From IMG/VR virus record IMGVR_UViG_3300017971_000060: 54,950 nt of DNA, one strand, 5' to 3'. The notes under the pieces were generated by a model that ran no database searches, was not told the origin of the DNA, and saw only the letters and a program-made list of their open reading frames with translations. The DNA comes from a virus. Of the stretch, positions 16,075 through 26,298 are shown piece after piece; the first letter of the stretch is position 1; every line of letters begins with the position of its first letter. Made by a program: the position numbers and the translations under genes.

Positions 16075-19000
16075 TGACTGACTTAGCAGAACTTGGCATT
16101 GTCGTAAGGTCTGACCAAGCCAAGAAAGCCACCAAAGACCTTGACAACCTTACCAAATCTGGTGTAAGGGCAGAGAAGAGTGTAGATAAACTCGGGAAGA
16201 CTGCTGCTCAATCAGAGAAGGGTATGTCCAAAATGGCTGCTTCCCTCAAGGTTGTGGCCGGGGGGTTGGCGGGGTTGGCCGGTATCCGGGTGTTTTCCGG
16301 AATGGCTTCTACTATTGCTGAGTTTGAGCAAGCAATGTCTAACGTGTCAGCGGTGTCCGGGGCAACCGGGGCATCGCTGTCAGCGTTAACAGAACAGGCC
16401 AAAGAACTAGGGGCCACCACAAAATTTAGTGCCTCTGAAGCGGCGGCTGGTATGGAATTCCTTGCCAGAGCCGGGTTTAGCGCCAATCAGGTTATGACAG
16501 CCTTGCCCGCTACCCTGAACTTGGCAGCGGCGGGCGCTCTTGGACTTGGTGAAGCTGCTGACATAGCGTCTAACATCATGTCCGGTTTTGCTATTGCTGC
16601 TGAAGAGATGACACGGGTGTCTGATGTTCTGGCACTGACGGCGGCAAGTTCCAACACTAATATACAACAGCTTGGGGAGGGCATGAAGTTCGTTGCCCCT
16701 ATCTCCAAAGCGTTCGGTGTATCTCTCGAAAACACGTCAGCCATTATGGGCGCTTTGGGTGACGCTGGCATACAGGCATCCATGGCGGGTACTAGTTTAC
16801 GCCAGATTATGTTGCAGTTGAACAACCCGACAGCCAAAGCTAATGCTGCACTGAAACAGTTGGGGTTGACGGCCAGAGACATTAGCCCTGAATTCAACGA
16901 CATCAACACTATCCTTGGTCGGTTGAAAGACGCTGCTATTACAGCCGGTGACGCTCAAGTCATATTCGGCCAGCGGGCGGCTAGTGCCGGTTTGGTCATG
17001 GTAGAAAACGCTGACAGGATAGTAGAATTCACTGAAGAGTTGGAGAATGCTGAAGGTGCGGCTCAGTCGATGGCTGACACCATGATTGATAATTTGGGTG
17101 GTGCCTTCAAGACTCTCAGTTCAGCGGCTGAAGGGTTTGTACTTGCTATCGGTGATGCAGGGGCGGCAAATGCTCTCAGGGCAGCAGTAGACGGTTTGAC
17201 AACCGTTGTAAGAACACTCACAGCTAACATGGATGCACTGGTGACTGTTGCCGGGTTGGTGACTATCGCCTTTGGTTCTAAGTTGGTAGCTTCTGTGATA
17301 GCGTCAACTGCTGCAATGATAAAAGATACAGCGGCGAAAGTGCAAAATGCCCTTGCAGCGAAGGGTATAGCAACCGCCAACCTGACAGCGGCTCAATCTC
17401 ATGCTACAGTGACAGCGGCGGCTCTGGCAGATGCTAAAGCACATCAAGCGGCCATTGCATCACTGGCAATTTATGGCCCCGCAAGAGCAGCGGCTAACGT
17501 GGCAGTCACACAGGCTACAGCAGCACACACAGCAGCTACAGCAGCAGTAACCGCACAGACAGCAGCGGTAGCACAGTTGGGGATTGTAGCACGAACAACA
17601 GCGGCTACAATGGGTGTCTTGCGTGGTGCAATGGCTTTCCTTGGTGGCCCGATTGGTGTTGCCATAGCAGCAGCGGCGTCAGCTATGTTTCTGTTGGCGC
17701 GGGCTTCCAGAGAAGCGGCACAGGCGCAAGAAACCTATGAACGTGCATTAGCGGCTGGTAATGTAGCCCTGAAGACTCAGGCAGAACAGACAAAGATTCT
17801 GGCAGAAGAGACTGACAAGGCACACTTAGCAGTACTCGAAAAGGCGCGGGCTGAACAGGCTGCTTCTCTGGCTTCTGCGAAACGACTGGCAGAGACAACC
17901 GGCATGGGTATAGCGTTGAATGACGCCATGCAAAGGGCTGGCAGAGAAGGCGTAAAAACCCTCACAGTGGAACTCGCCAATACCGAAAAGGCAATGGTCA
18001 ACCTTATAACCAAGTTGTCAGGTGGCCGGAAGACTATCAAGCAAGTGGGCGAAGACGCTAAAGGCGCGGCTGAAGACATGACTGAAATCTGTGCAGCAGC
18101 CAAAGAGGTAGGCACTTGTGCAGAACGTCTACAGAAGAAATTAGCCAAAGAAGGGAAAATGCTGGCTGATAAATTGGTGGCTACTGGTGAAGGGGCTGAA
18201 GCGCTCAAGGAATTCAACTTACAACAGGAAATCCACAATACACTTGTGGAGAATGGTATAGCCCTTGGGTCTGAGGAAGCGGCGGCAATCGAAGAACAAA
18301 TACGCTCAAATGAGCAATACCGCGAAGCAATCGAAGATACAAATGATGCGTTATCGGAAACTGGTGAACAGGCCAAGAAAGCGGCTCAGGAAGTAGACCA
18401 AGCCAGTGAGATACTGAAAACGGCGGGCCGGGGTATCCAGACTGCATTTACGGATATGTTCCTTGACATCTTCAATGGTGGGGTAGACTCGTTCAGCAAA
18501 CTCGGTGACGCTATTCTAGACACGTTTAAGCGCACTCTAGCGGAAATGGCTACTCTTGCCATAGCAAGGCCGATTATCGTACCTGTCATTCAAGCGGTAG
18601 CCGGGGCGTTAGGAGTTGGCGGGGCCGGTCAGGCACTGGCGTCTGGATTTGCCGGGGCCGGTCAAGGTGGGGTTGGCGGGTTGAATTCTGCTGTAAGTGC
18701 GGGCCGGGGCATATACGGTTATTTCGCTAACGGCGGCTCACTTGCTACACTGGGGGCTGGCTTCTCTACCGGGTTTGGACTGGCCGGGGCCAATATCGGG
18801 GCGGCTGGTTTCACTGGCTCTCTAGGCGCAAATGCTTCCCTGATAGGTAGCTCTTTCCAGTCAGGCGCGTATGGTACAGCACTTGGCGCGGCTGCTCCCT
18901 ATCTACCTATCCTTGGCGGTGCTGTATATGGATACACTCAAGGTGGACTCGGTGGCGCGGCTCTTGGTGCTGGCGGTGCTTATGCGGGTGCTGCTATCGG

Positions 19001-20414
19001 TTCGGCCATACTGCCCGGTATCGGTACCGTAATCGGTGGCGCTTTGGGTGGCATAGTTGGCGGGTTGTTCGGTGGTTCGTTATTCGGTGATGACGATGAA
19101 CCTGAGACTAAGATTCAACTGGTGACGGTTAAGAACTTTGATGACCTTGTCGGGCGGGCGGCGTCAAAGGGGCAAGGCACCACTAAAACACCTTTCGGTA
19201 TAGTCGGCTTCAATATTCGTGAGGAAACTTCTGGCAAGTTTGCCAAAGGTCTGCTTGATGGTATCAAAGAGATGGATACCAAAATTGCTGAATTCCTCAC
19301 TGAAAGTGAAATAGCACAGGTGGCCGAAAAGTTACAGACAACAGACGCTTTACGTATCACTAGAGATGCGGATAAGTTTGGTGATAAAGACGTAGCTAAA
19401 CTGATCGGTGATCGGCTGGAAAACATCATGTCTCAAATTGACTTCGGGAAATTTGATGACGCTATACAGGATGTGGTGGACAATGCCCCGAAAGGCGCGG
19501 AAGGCATAACCCAAATCACTGACGCACTGTTCCAGTTCCTCAGTCAACGTGAGGAAGTGAAAGACGCTATTACCGCATTCGGGCGGGTGGCTGAACCTAT
19601 CTCTGAGATAGCAGCAGCGGTGAAAGCGCTTGAAAAGGAAATGCTTGACCTGATCCAAGCGGCTGTTGATTTCGGGGTACTTGGAGACGTTGGCGCTACT
19701 ATCCAAGACATTGCAGCGGGCCAGACAAGAACATTGGAACTCTGGCGTACCAATTTCGACAAGAATGTAGCTGACGCCCTGTTAGGTATCACTGACCCAC
19801 TGGCACTAGAGTTGCAGCAGTTCGATGAACTGGCGGCGCAACGGCTGGCAGATGCTGAACTGCTTGGGGCTGATATACTACAGGTTGAGCGTTTGAATGC
19901 TCTGGAACGTCAGCAGATACTGGAACAGACCGCAACGGGTATTACCGGCTCGTTCACTAGCGTATTCGATTCGCTGGAAGACTTTGTCAAGAGTATGGGG
20001 CTGGCGGCTGCTTCTCCATTGACAGCGCGGGAACGACTGGATACCGCACAGTCACTATATGATGACGTACTCAAGGCTGTTCAGGCGGGTGACACAAGAG
20101 GGGTTGGCGAACTGCCACAACTGGCACAGCAACTACTCTCAGAGGCACAGAATTTCTTTGCTGGCACTGAAGGGTTCTCAGATATCTTCAGAGAAGTCAA
20201 CAGGGAATTGTTGGATGTACTCGAATTCGGCGGGGCCATAAGTGACCCGGTAATCACTTCCATAGACACCCTTGGGGTACAGTCAGTGGAGAACACTTCA
20301 GAGATAGTGGCAGCTATCGAAGAGGTTGCGGGCGGTAACGCTGAAGTCAAGGCACTGCTCACTGATCTAGTAGAGCAGTTGACCCGTATCTTATCCGGGG
20401 AGGAAGCAGCGTAA
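16074..20414 (+). CDS. Tail tape measure protein, 1446 aa
   Basis: TP901-type core (ELGATTKFSASEAAAGMEFLARAGF...), long Ala-rich coiled coils and Gly-rich segments. Confidence 0.9.
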   Translation: MTDLAELGIVVRSDQAKKATKDLDNLTKSGVRAEKSVDKLGKTAAQSEKGMSKMAASLKVVAGGLAGLAGIRVFSGMASTIAEFEQAMSNVSAVSGATGASLSALTEQAKELGATTKFSASEAAAGMEFLARAGFSANQVMTALPATLNLAAAGALGLGEAADIASNIMSGFAIAAEEMTRVSDVLALTAASSNTNIQQLGEGMKFVAPISKAFGVSLENTSAIMGALGDAGIQASMAGTSLRQIMLQLNNPTAKANAALKQLGLTARDISPEFNDINTILGRLKDAAITAGDAQVIFGQRAASAGLVMVENADRIVEFTEELENAEGAAQSMADTMIDNLGGAFKTLSSAAEGFVLAIGDAGAANALRAAVDGLTTVVRTLTANMDALVTVAGLVTIAFGSKLVASVIASTAAMIKDTAAKVQNALAAKGIATANLTAAQSHATVTAAALADAKAHQAAIASLAIYGPARAAANVAVTQATAAHTAATAAVTAQTAAVAQLGIVARTTAATMGVLRGAMAFLGGPIGVAIAAAASAMFLLARASREAAQAQETYERALAAGNVALKTQAEQTKILAEETDKAHLAVLEKARAEQAASLASAKRLAETTGMGIALNDAMQRAGREGVKTLTVELANTEKAMVNLITKLSGGRKTIKQVGEDAKGAAEDMTEICAAAKEVGTCAERLQKKLAKEGKMLADKLVATGEGAEALKEFNLQQEIHNTLVENGIALGSEEAAAIEEQIRSNEQYREAIEDTNDALSETGEQAKKAAQEVDQASEILKTAGRGIQTAFTDMFLDIFNGGVDSFSKLGDAILDTFKRTLAEMATLAIARPIIVPVIQAVAGALGVGGAGQALASGFAGAGQGGVGGLNSAVSAGRGIYGYFANGGSLATLGAGFSTGFGLAGANIGAAGFTGSLGANASLIGSSFQSGAYGTALGAAAPYLPILGGAVYGYTQGGLGGAALGAGGAYAGAAIGSAILPGIGTVIGGALGGIVGGLFGGSLFGDDDEPETKIQLVTVKNFDDLVGRAASKGQGTTKTPFGIVGFNIREETSGKFAKGLLDGIKEMDTKIAEFLTESEIAQVAEKLQTTDALRITRDADKFGDKDVAKLIGDRLENIMSQIDFGKFDDAIQDVVDNAPKGAEGITQITDALFQFLSQREEVKDAITAFGRVAEPISEIAAAVKALEKEMLDLIQAAVDFGVLGDVGATIQDIAAGQTRTLELWRTNFDKNVADALLGITDPLALELQQFDELAAQRLADAELLGADILQVERLNALERQQILEQTATGITGSFTSVFDSLEDFVKSMGLAAASPLTARERLDTAQSLYDDVLKAVQAGDTRGVGELPQLAQQLLSEAQNFFAGTEGFSDIFREVNRELLDVLEFGGAISDPVITSIDTLGVQSVENTSEIVAAIEEVAGGNAEVKALLTDLVEQLTRILSGEEAA

Positions 20415-21967
20415 TGCCTATGCTCGGCAGTTTTCCGATAGGGCAAACTCCTGTCAGTTCGCGGGCGGCACTATTGCCGTACATACCGCCAACTCCTTAT
20501 GACGCACTCATAGCAAACCCGGCACTGGAACGTATATATCTACTGGAACTCACTATAGAAAACGCTGCTGGTGCTGATGTAGACTTGCAGTTTTCTTCAC
20601 ATGGCTATAGAACAACTTCAGATTTCTTCCCGCCAGTGTTGGAAAACCCCTTAAATTTTGGCATTAAACTGTTTGAGAGCAGCTTCCTGACAGGGCCGTC
20701 AAAGTTCGGCTCTGGTAGTATCAAACTCACTAACTGCGATTGTGCGCTAGATGGGTACCTGAAAGATGCGTCATGGAGTAAATATGACTTCACGGTCAAA
20801 ATGGGTGCCATGGATTTTGCGTACGAAGACTTTGTACCTATCTTCATAGGGCGAATTGAATCTATCAACTGGGATGAACGGTTTGTAAATCTCAGGATAC
20901 GTGACAATCAGGTTTTGCTGAATGACTTGCTACAGCACAACACCTATGCAGGCACAGGCGGGGTTGAAGGTACTGCTGACATAGCAGGTAAGCCGAAACC
21001 GTTGTGCCTCGGGGCGTGTTATAACATAGAACCTGTGTTAGTAGACCCTACGACTTCCTTATACCAAATTCACAGCGGTGCTATCCAGAGTGTTGACGCA
21101 GTGTACTTTGCCGGGTTGTTGGCGTCAGCCGGAACTGATTATACAGTGAATGTGGCGGCTGGTACGATAACGCTACTCACTAACCCGCTAGGTACAGTTA
21201 CTTGTGACGTGCGGGGTAGTAGCGCTTTCGGTGGATATGTGAACTCGGTAGCTGATATCACAGAGCGTGTTTGTGTAGATTACGGGCCGCTGACCTCTGC
21301 AAACATAAACACCGGGGCGTTTCAAGCACTGAATGAGGCTAACAGTTCTGCTGTAGGTTTCTACTCAGGACTCAACCCGACTTCTATTTCAGCAGTAGTG
21401 GACACCCTGTTGAACTCTATCGGCGGGTTTTGGGGCTTTGACAGGTTTAACAAGTTGCGGGTAGGTATAGTGGAAGAGCCTACTGCTGCAGTGAAAACTA
21501 TCACTACAGAAGAAATTATCAAAATTGCCCGTATCACTACCCCTGTACCTACCCATCTATCCAGAGTGGGTTATCAAAAGAACTGGACAGTGATGAACGC
21601 TGACAGGTTAGCCGGGGCCGTTTCAGAAACTGCTAAGTCTTTCTTCCAGCAAGAATACCGCTTTGCGGAAGACAGTGATGCAGCAGTAGAGACAAAGCAC
21701 CCCATCAACAATGAAAGGGAAATTCTGTCTCTCTTGGCTGGTGAGTCTGACGCTACAGATGAAGTTACACGTATTCAAGCACTGTTTGGGGAAGACAGGG
21801 ATATTTACAGGGTCAAATGCCGGAATATATCGCATGACATCACCATAGGTGACGTTATACAAGTAGTGCATGACCGTTTTGAGCTAACCACTGGTCAGAA
21901 GTTTGTGGTCATCGGGTTCACTGAAAACGTAAAGCAGGACAACCTAGATTTATTGCTATGGGGATGA
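20414..21967 (+). CDS. Tail tip / distal tail protein, 517 aa (positional call)
   Basis: TAATG overlap with the tape measure stop. First gene after the TMP. Confidence 0.5.
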   Translation: MPMLGSFPIGQTPVSSRAALLPYIPPTPYDALIANPALERIYLLELTIENAAGADVDLQFSSHGYRTTSDFFPPVLENPLNFGIKLFESSFLTGPSKFGSGSIKLTNCDCALDGYLKDASWSKYDFTVKMGAMDFAYEDFVPIFIGRIESINWDERFVNLRIRDNQVLLNDLLQHNTYAGTGGVEGTADIAGKPKPLCLGACYNIEPVLVDPTTSLYQIHSGAIQSVDAVYFAGLLASAGTDYTVNVAAGTITLLTNPLGTVTCDVRGSSAFGGYVNSVADITERVCVDYGPLTSANINTGAFQALNEANSSAVGFYSGLNPTSISAVVDTLLNSIGGFWGFDRFNKLRVGIVEEPTAAVKTITTEEIIKIARITTPVPTHLSRVGYQKNWTVMNADRLAGAVSETAKSFFQQEYRFAEDSDAAVETKHPINNEREILSLLAGESDATDEVTRIQALFGEDRDIYRVKCRNISHDITIGDVIQVVHDRFELTTGQKFVVIGFTENVKQDNLDLLLWG

Positions 21968-21970
21968 ACA

Positions 21971-22774
21971 GTGTCTAACATTTTACTCGCCCATCCGATA
22001 CTGTCTGATAACGCTTCGATTACAGATGTCGGTAACCAGAACGCTAACCACCCAGCTACTAGACTGCAATTCCAGCAGCGAACAGCCAAGTGGCAGACAG
22101 TTGGCTTGTCCAGCATGAACTTCATTATCGACCTTGGCAGTAACGCCAGTTGGCAACTCATAGCACTGTTGGGTAACAACTCTTCCAGTACAGCCACATG
22201 GAGAATACGGTCTGACACAGTCAAGGCCAACTTAACTACCAGCCCAAACTACGACAGCGGCAATATCTCCATGTGGCCGGGTTCGGCTGACTTGTCTACA
22301 TGGGATTTCATAAACAGTGTGCATATCCCTACTGCTGCACATGCAGATAGGTACATACGCATAGACATAACGGACTCCAGTAACCCGGATGGGTACTTTG
22401 CGGCTGGCCGGTTGTTCGTGTCTTCCCCGTGGATTCCAGCTATCAACATGGCCTACGGCAGCGGGTTACGGTTTGAAGACTTGACACAGAAAGTCAGGTC
22501 TTTAGGTGGGGTGGCCTTTGCTACGCCAAGACCACGGTACCGGGTATTCTCTTTCACACTAGACTTCCAGTCAGAAGCTGAAATGTACGGTAACGCTTTT
22601 GAGTACGACAGGCTACGGGGTGAGTCACAGGATATTCTGGTTTCTATGGACTACGAAGAAACTGTATACACTCATGCCCAACTGATACACGGGCTTATGA
22701 AGAACCTAAAGCCGATTGTCAACACTAACTATTCCATTTTCAGGAAGCAAATCGAAGTTGAGGAAACGTTATGA
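21971..22774 (+). CDS. Tail tip / baseplate protein, 267 aa (GTG start, positional call)
   Basis: GGGGA RBS. Located between two tail genes. Confidence 0.45.
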   Translation: MSNILLAHPILSDNASITDVGNQNANHPATRLQFQQRTAKWQTVGLSSMNFIIDLGSNASWQLIALLGNNSSSTATWRIRSDTVKANLTTSPNYDSGNISMWPGSADLSTWDFINSVHIPTAAHADRYIRIDITDSSNPDGYFAAGRLFVSSPWIPAINMAYGSGLRFEDLTQKVRSLGGVAFATPRPRYRVFSFTLDFQSEAEMYGNAFEYDRLRGESQDILVSMDYEETVYTHAQLIHGLMKNLKPIVNTNYSIFRKQIEVEETL

Positions 22775-23859
22775 GTATGGTTGCAGATAGGGTACTGGAA
22801 ACTTCCAGTCATAACTTCGGGGCCACTAGTCCAATAAACCTTGACGGGGCAGTGGCTGGCTTTCAGACTTTTGTTGCAGGTATTGGCACCCTGAATGACT
22901 GCTATTACTGCATAACTGACAACAGCAACTGGGAAATAGGTATCGGGGTAGTTGTTTCTGGCAGTCCTGACACCCTGTCACGGGCCACTATTCTGGAGTC
23001 TTCCAACGGTGGCTCTATAGTGAACTTCCCCAACGGTAGCAAGAACGTATTCGTTGTTGCTCCTGCTGCTGTATTCGACGTTATCAACTTTGCCACAGCA
23101 AAGACAGGCGATTACACTGTAACTATAGCTGACAAGGGTAAAATCATCCCGTTTAACACTATCTTGGGTGACCGTACTTGTAACCTACCGGATATCACTA
23201 CTGTTGACGATGACTACACTATCACTATATTCAAACAGGAGTCAAGCACCAACGATGTTATCATTGACCCTTATTCTACACAGACAATCGGCGGTGATTC
23301 AACCTATGCCCTGTCACTGAAACACGATGCGGTGACTCTGGCGAAAAACGGCACTATCTGGCGCATTATCCACGGGCACCGGCCTCGTGACGCCAGCGCT
23401 ACACCGGGGCTTGTCCTGAACAATGCTGTCCACTTGGCCAAGACAACCAATCAGACTTTAACAGATGCAGTAAACACGTCTATAACGTGGAATAGCCAAG
23501 TGTCTATAGACACAAATGACTTCACCCACAGCACAGTAACTAACAACGACCGTGTTTATGTAGACAACGATGGTACGTATTTGGCCTTGTGGAGAGTGAA
23601 CTTCAGGACAAATGCCAATATAACTCTGGACTTCTTCAACTCGGTACGTGTCAATGGAGTTGGTTATACTTACAACCAAATCAGGAGAACAGTAGACAAC
23701 ACTCAAACAAACTCCAGAGAATCTTGTGCTGGCAGCGCGATACTGGAAATGTCAGCAGGAGACTATGCGAGTTTGTCGCAAACAATAGACACTGGTGACA
23801 GTTCAAGTCCGACAGTAGAAACTGGCGGCACTGCTTTGTCTCTGATAAGACTACACTAA
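22771..23859 (+). CDS. Tail fibre / receptor-binding protein with C1q/TNF-like C-terminal domain, 362 aa
   Basis: ATGA overlap. C-terminal pattern VYVDNDGTYLALWRVNF...VRVNG...SAILEMSAGDY. Last large gene of the tail module. Confidence 0.5.
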   Translation: MSMVADRVLETSSHNFGATSPINLDGAVAGFQTFVAGIGTLNDCYYCITDNSNWEIGIGVVVSGSPDTLSRATILESSNGGSIVNFPNGSKNVFVVAPAAVFDVINFATAKTGDYTVTIADKGKIIPFNTILGDRTCNLPDITTVDDDYTITIFKQESSTNDVIIDPYSTQTIGGDSTYALSLKHDAVTLAKNGTIWRIIHGHRPRDASATPGLVLNNAVHLAKTTNQTLTDAVNTSITWNSQVSIDTNDFTHSTVTNNDRVYVDNDGTYLALWRVNFRTNANITLDFFNSVRVNGVGYTYNQIRRTVDNTQTNSRESCAGSAILEMSAGDYASLSQTIDTGDSSSPTVETGGTALSLIRLH

Positions 23860-23871
23860 GAGGATAGTAAC

Positions 23872-24207
23872 ATGGCGTCTTTTGCAAAACGATTAAAGGT
23901 GTTGTTCCCTGACATAGTGTTCGGGGAAGATGTGGTGTTAGAGGAAGACCCACAAGGCGGCAACCCTATAATCACAGTCTGGACTCGTCCTGAACCTCTA
24001 CCTACAGAGGTAGATGTTATGTCTGTCACTGACCAGCAAGTAGAAGACGCTGCTAAGGACAGGGCAGTGGATTTCGGCAAGATACCACCCTATTTCAGAG
24101 CATTTGTGGAGTTGCTCATTGACGAAATCAACGTTTTACGGGCAACACAGAGTCTACCGCCACGTACCCTGCAACAGTTCAAGACCGCTATGAGGAACAA
24201 GCTGTGA
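23872..24207 (+). CDS. Hypothetical protein, 111 aa
   Basis: ORF with GAGGA RBS. Confidence 0.5.
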   Translation: MASFAKRLKVLFPDIVFGEDVVLEEDPQGGNPIITVWTRPEPLPTEVDVMSVTDQQVEDAAKDRAVDFGKIPPYFRAFVELLIDEINVLRATQSLPPRTLQQFKTAMRNKL

Positions 24208-24563
24208 TACTCCAGAGGGATACAGTTGTGTATGTGGGCGGGGAAACTTGGGTGTTGCCTGAAGGGTTGCGCACAGACGGTTGTACACTTGAACTGGGTG
24301 GTTGGCTGAAACCTTTGGAACTACTGTTGAAGTGGGCACTGGGTTTCAAGAAGTTGAAAATGGGGTGTGCCCTGCATGACTTTATGTGCCGGTACGGTCT
24401 TATGGACTCAGAGAACTGCCACCTCAGACTACGTATATACGCTGAAAAGGAAGTAGGCAAAATTCGAGCGTGGCTTATCTGGAAGGCGGTAAGTTCTAGT
24501 GACCGCTGTGACCACAATAAGCCACTACCTGAGAAGTGGCAGCAGTATGCAAACCCCCGGTAA
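24204..24563 (+). CDS. DUF1353-like protein, 119 aa
   Basis: Pattern LPEGLRTDGCT......CALHDFMCRYG resembles DUF1353 (F.TDG.S.P ... HD.lY). Confidence 0.4.
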   Translation: MILQRDTVVYVGGETWVLPEGLRTDGCTLELGGWLKPLELLLKWALGFKKLKMGCALHDFMCRYGLMDSENCHLRLRIYAEKEVGKIRAWLIWKAVSSSDRCDHNKPLPEKWQQYANPR

Positions 24564-24569
24564 ACAGTC

Positions 24570-24941
24570 ATGGCTGACATACAACCCCCTTCTCACAAGT
24601 GGCTGGATGCGGCGCAACATCTATGGCCATACATATCAGGGTTTATACTGACGATGTTTGCGGTTGTTAAACTTTGGTGGAATGACAGAAAAGAAACCAA
24701 GAAACGTATTGCCAATGTTGAGAAAATTGCAGAAAGTGCTGTAACAGAAGCGCGACTGCAAGAATGTAAAACTGACGTACTCGGGCACGACATCACAGTA
24801 GAAGAGCGCATACTGGAAGAGTTAAAAGTGCTGGCAACAGAAACTAAGGAACTTCGTCAGGATATGCGAGAAGATAACATAGCAAACGCCAAGGCGCACC
24901 AAGACATTCTCAAAGAAGTTGTGAGGTTGCATTCATCATGA
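24570..24941 (+). CDS. Single-TMD membrane protein with coiled-coil tail, 123 aa (holin/lysis-regulator candidate)
   Basis: TMD LWPYISGFILTMFAVVKLWW. Lies upstream of the endolysin. Confidence 0.4.
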   Translation: MADIQPPSHKWLDAAQHLWPYISGFILTMFAVVKLWWNDRKETKKRIANVEKIAESAVTEARLQECKTDVLGHDITVEERILEELKVLATETKELRQDMREDNIANAKAHQDILKEVVRLHSS

Positions 24942-25216
24942 TTAAATCCATCAAAGACGCTACCCCTACACAGAAAGTTATCGGGGTTGTTGCGGCAAGC
25001 GGGCTTACGCTTTCCATGGTGTTCACTGGTATTGCTTGGGCCGTTGATGCTAGGATAGACCAGCAGACCAGTGAGAAAATCCAGCAACTGCGAGTTGACA
25101 TAGTCAACGATTTCGAGAAACGGCGCATTGACTATCTGCAAATGAAGAAAAACGCCAACATTATCAACGATGACGAACGCATTGAACTGGAATACCTAAA
25201 GGAACAGAGCCAATGA
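24938..25216 (+). CDS. Single-TMD membrane protein, 92 aa (holin candidate)
   Basis: TMD VIGVVAASGLTLSMVFTGIAWAV. ATGA-type overlaps on both sides. Confidence 0.4.
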   Translation: MIKSIKDATPTQKVIGVVAASGLTLSMVFTGIAWAVDARIDQQTSEKIQQLRVDIVNDFEKRRIDYLQMKKNANIINDDERIELEYLKEQSQ

Positions 25217-25692
25217 CTCCACAAGGCTTAGAGCATATTCACTCTCTGGTTATACATTGCAGCGCCACCCGTGAAGGGGTCAACCTTACGGCTGCTGACA
25301 TAGATGAAATGCACAAGGCGCGGGGCTGGGCCATGATAGGCTACCACCGTGTCTACAGGCTTGACGGCTCTGTTGAACAGGGCAGACCCTACACACGTAG
25401 AGGGGCGCATGTACGGGGCAACAACATCAACACTCTTGGGCTTGTGTACATAGGTGGACTTGACGAAAACGGCAACCCGAAAGACACAAGAACCAGTGAA
25501 CAGCGCCATGCCATGTTTGCTGACATCCTGTCAATTCGTAATCTCTGCCCCAACATCACCAAGATTTCCGGGCACAGGGATTATTCACCAGACCTTAACG
25601 GGGATGGGCTGATAACTCCAGACGAGTGGATTAAGGTTTGCCCCTGTTTCGATGTCGCCAAATGGCTAGAGACCTTGAGATATAGTGTGTGA
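25213..25692 (+). CDS. Endolysin: N-acetylmuramoyl-L-alanine amidase (T7-lysozyme / PGRP type) with EF-hand-like insertion
   Basis: Motifs VIHCSAT, GYHRVYRLDG, GAHVRG.N...LG, GHRDYSP, CPCFDV. Insertion DLNGDGLITPDE. Confidence 0.85.
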   Translation: MTPQGLEHIHSLVIHCSATREGVNLTAADIDEMHKARGWAMIGYHRVYRLDGSVEQGRPYTRRGAHVRGNNINTLGLVYIGGLDENGNPKDTRTSEQRHAMFADILSIRNLCPNITKISGHRDYSPDLNGDGLITPDEWIKVCPCFDVAKWLETLRYSV

Positions 25693-25814
25693 TAAAGAGG
25701 AAAACGTGTTGAAATGGCTGTATATAGCAGCGGGCCTGTTATGTTTTTCGTGGCTGGGATATAACTTGTGGGCCATCTTTCAACAGCTACTAATCATGAA
25801 GTGAGGTAACAACG

Positions 25815-26261
25815 ATGTTTCTTAAATCCAATGCAGAGAAAATCGGCTTTGCCGTATTTATCGCTATAGTCATAGTGTTTGCGGTGCTGGCCTTCATGGA
25901 TGACGCTAACGCTGAAGGGCCGGTTCTTGACCCTTCCATCACCCCGCAGAAAATCCTGACCTGTGACTATCCTGTCACCAGAACTGACGGCACCCCTCTA
26001 GCAGTAGGGGAAATTGCCACTATCAACTTTTTCGTATCTCAGGACACAGGGCCAAACAAGACTTGGGCACCGGCTGGCAGTAATGACACTGCATGCAGAC
26101 AGGTGTACGACCTTACCGCTATCCCTGATGGTCAATACTACTACAGTGCTACAGCAGTAGACACGGGTGGTCGGGAGTCGGCGGTCTCTCCGAACTATGC
26201 CCCTTTAGTATTGCAACGTCTGGCACCCCCGGAAACGGTTCAGGGCTTGCGTTGGGGATAG
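25815..26261 (+). CDS. Exported/membrane-anchored protein with Ig/FN3-like domain, 148 aa
   Basis: N-terminal hydrophobic IGFAVFIAIVIVFAVLAFM followed by ANA|E. Beta-rich remainder. Confidence 0.45.
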   Translation: MFLKSNAEKIGFAVFIAIVIVFAVLAFMDDANAEGPVLDPSITPQKILTCDYPVTRTDGTPLAVGEIATINFFVSQDTGPNKTWAPAGSNDTACRQVYDLTAIPDGQYYYSATAVDTGGRESAVSPNYAPLVLQRLAPPETVQGLRWG

Positions 26262-26298
26262 TTGGCTGGTTTCTGGCTTGGTTAGAGAGGACACGAAA

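Noticed and set aside
16208-19792. Numerous 60-200-aa ORFs in other frames or on the other strand inside the tape measure gene
   Set aside because: They are shadow ORFs typical of a long GC/Ala-rich gene. None has an RBS.
11857-23859. Diversity-generating retroelement acting on the two C1q-like receptor-binding domains
   Set aside because: There is no reverse transcriptase gene. No DNA-level template/variable repeat pair exists, since the shared modules are similar only at protein level.
25706-25804. 32-codon hydrophobic ORF (GTG start) between the amidase and the FN3-like gene
   Set aside because: It is plausible (AGAGGAAAAC RBS, one TMD) but too short to support from sequence alone. It is mentioned in the lysis-region finding rather than annotated.
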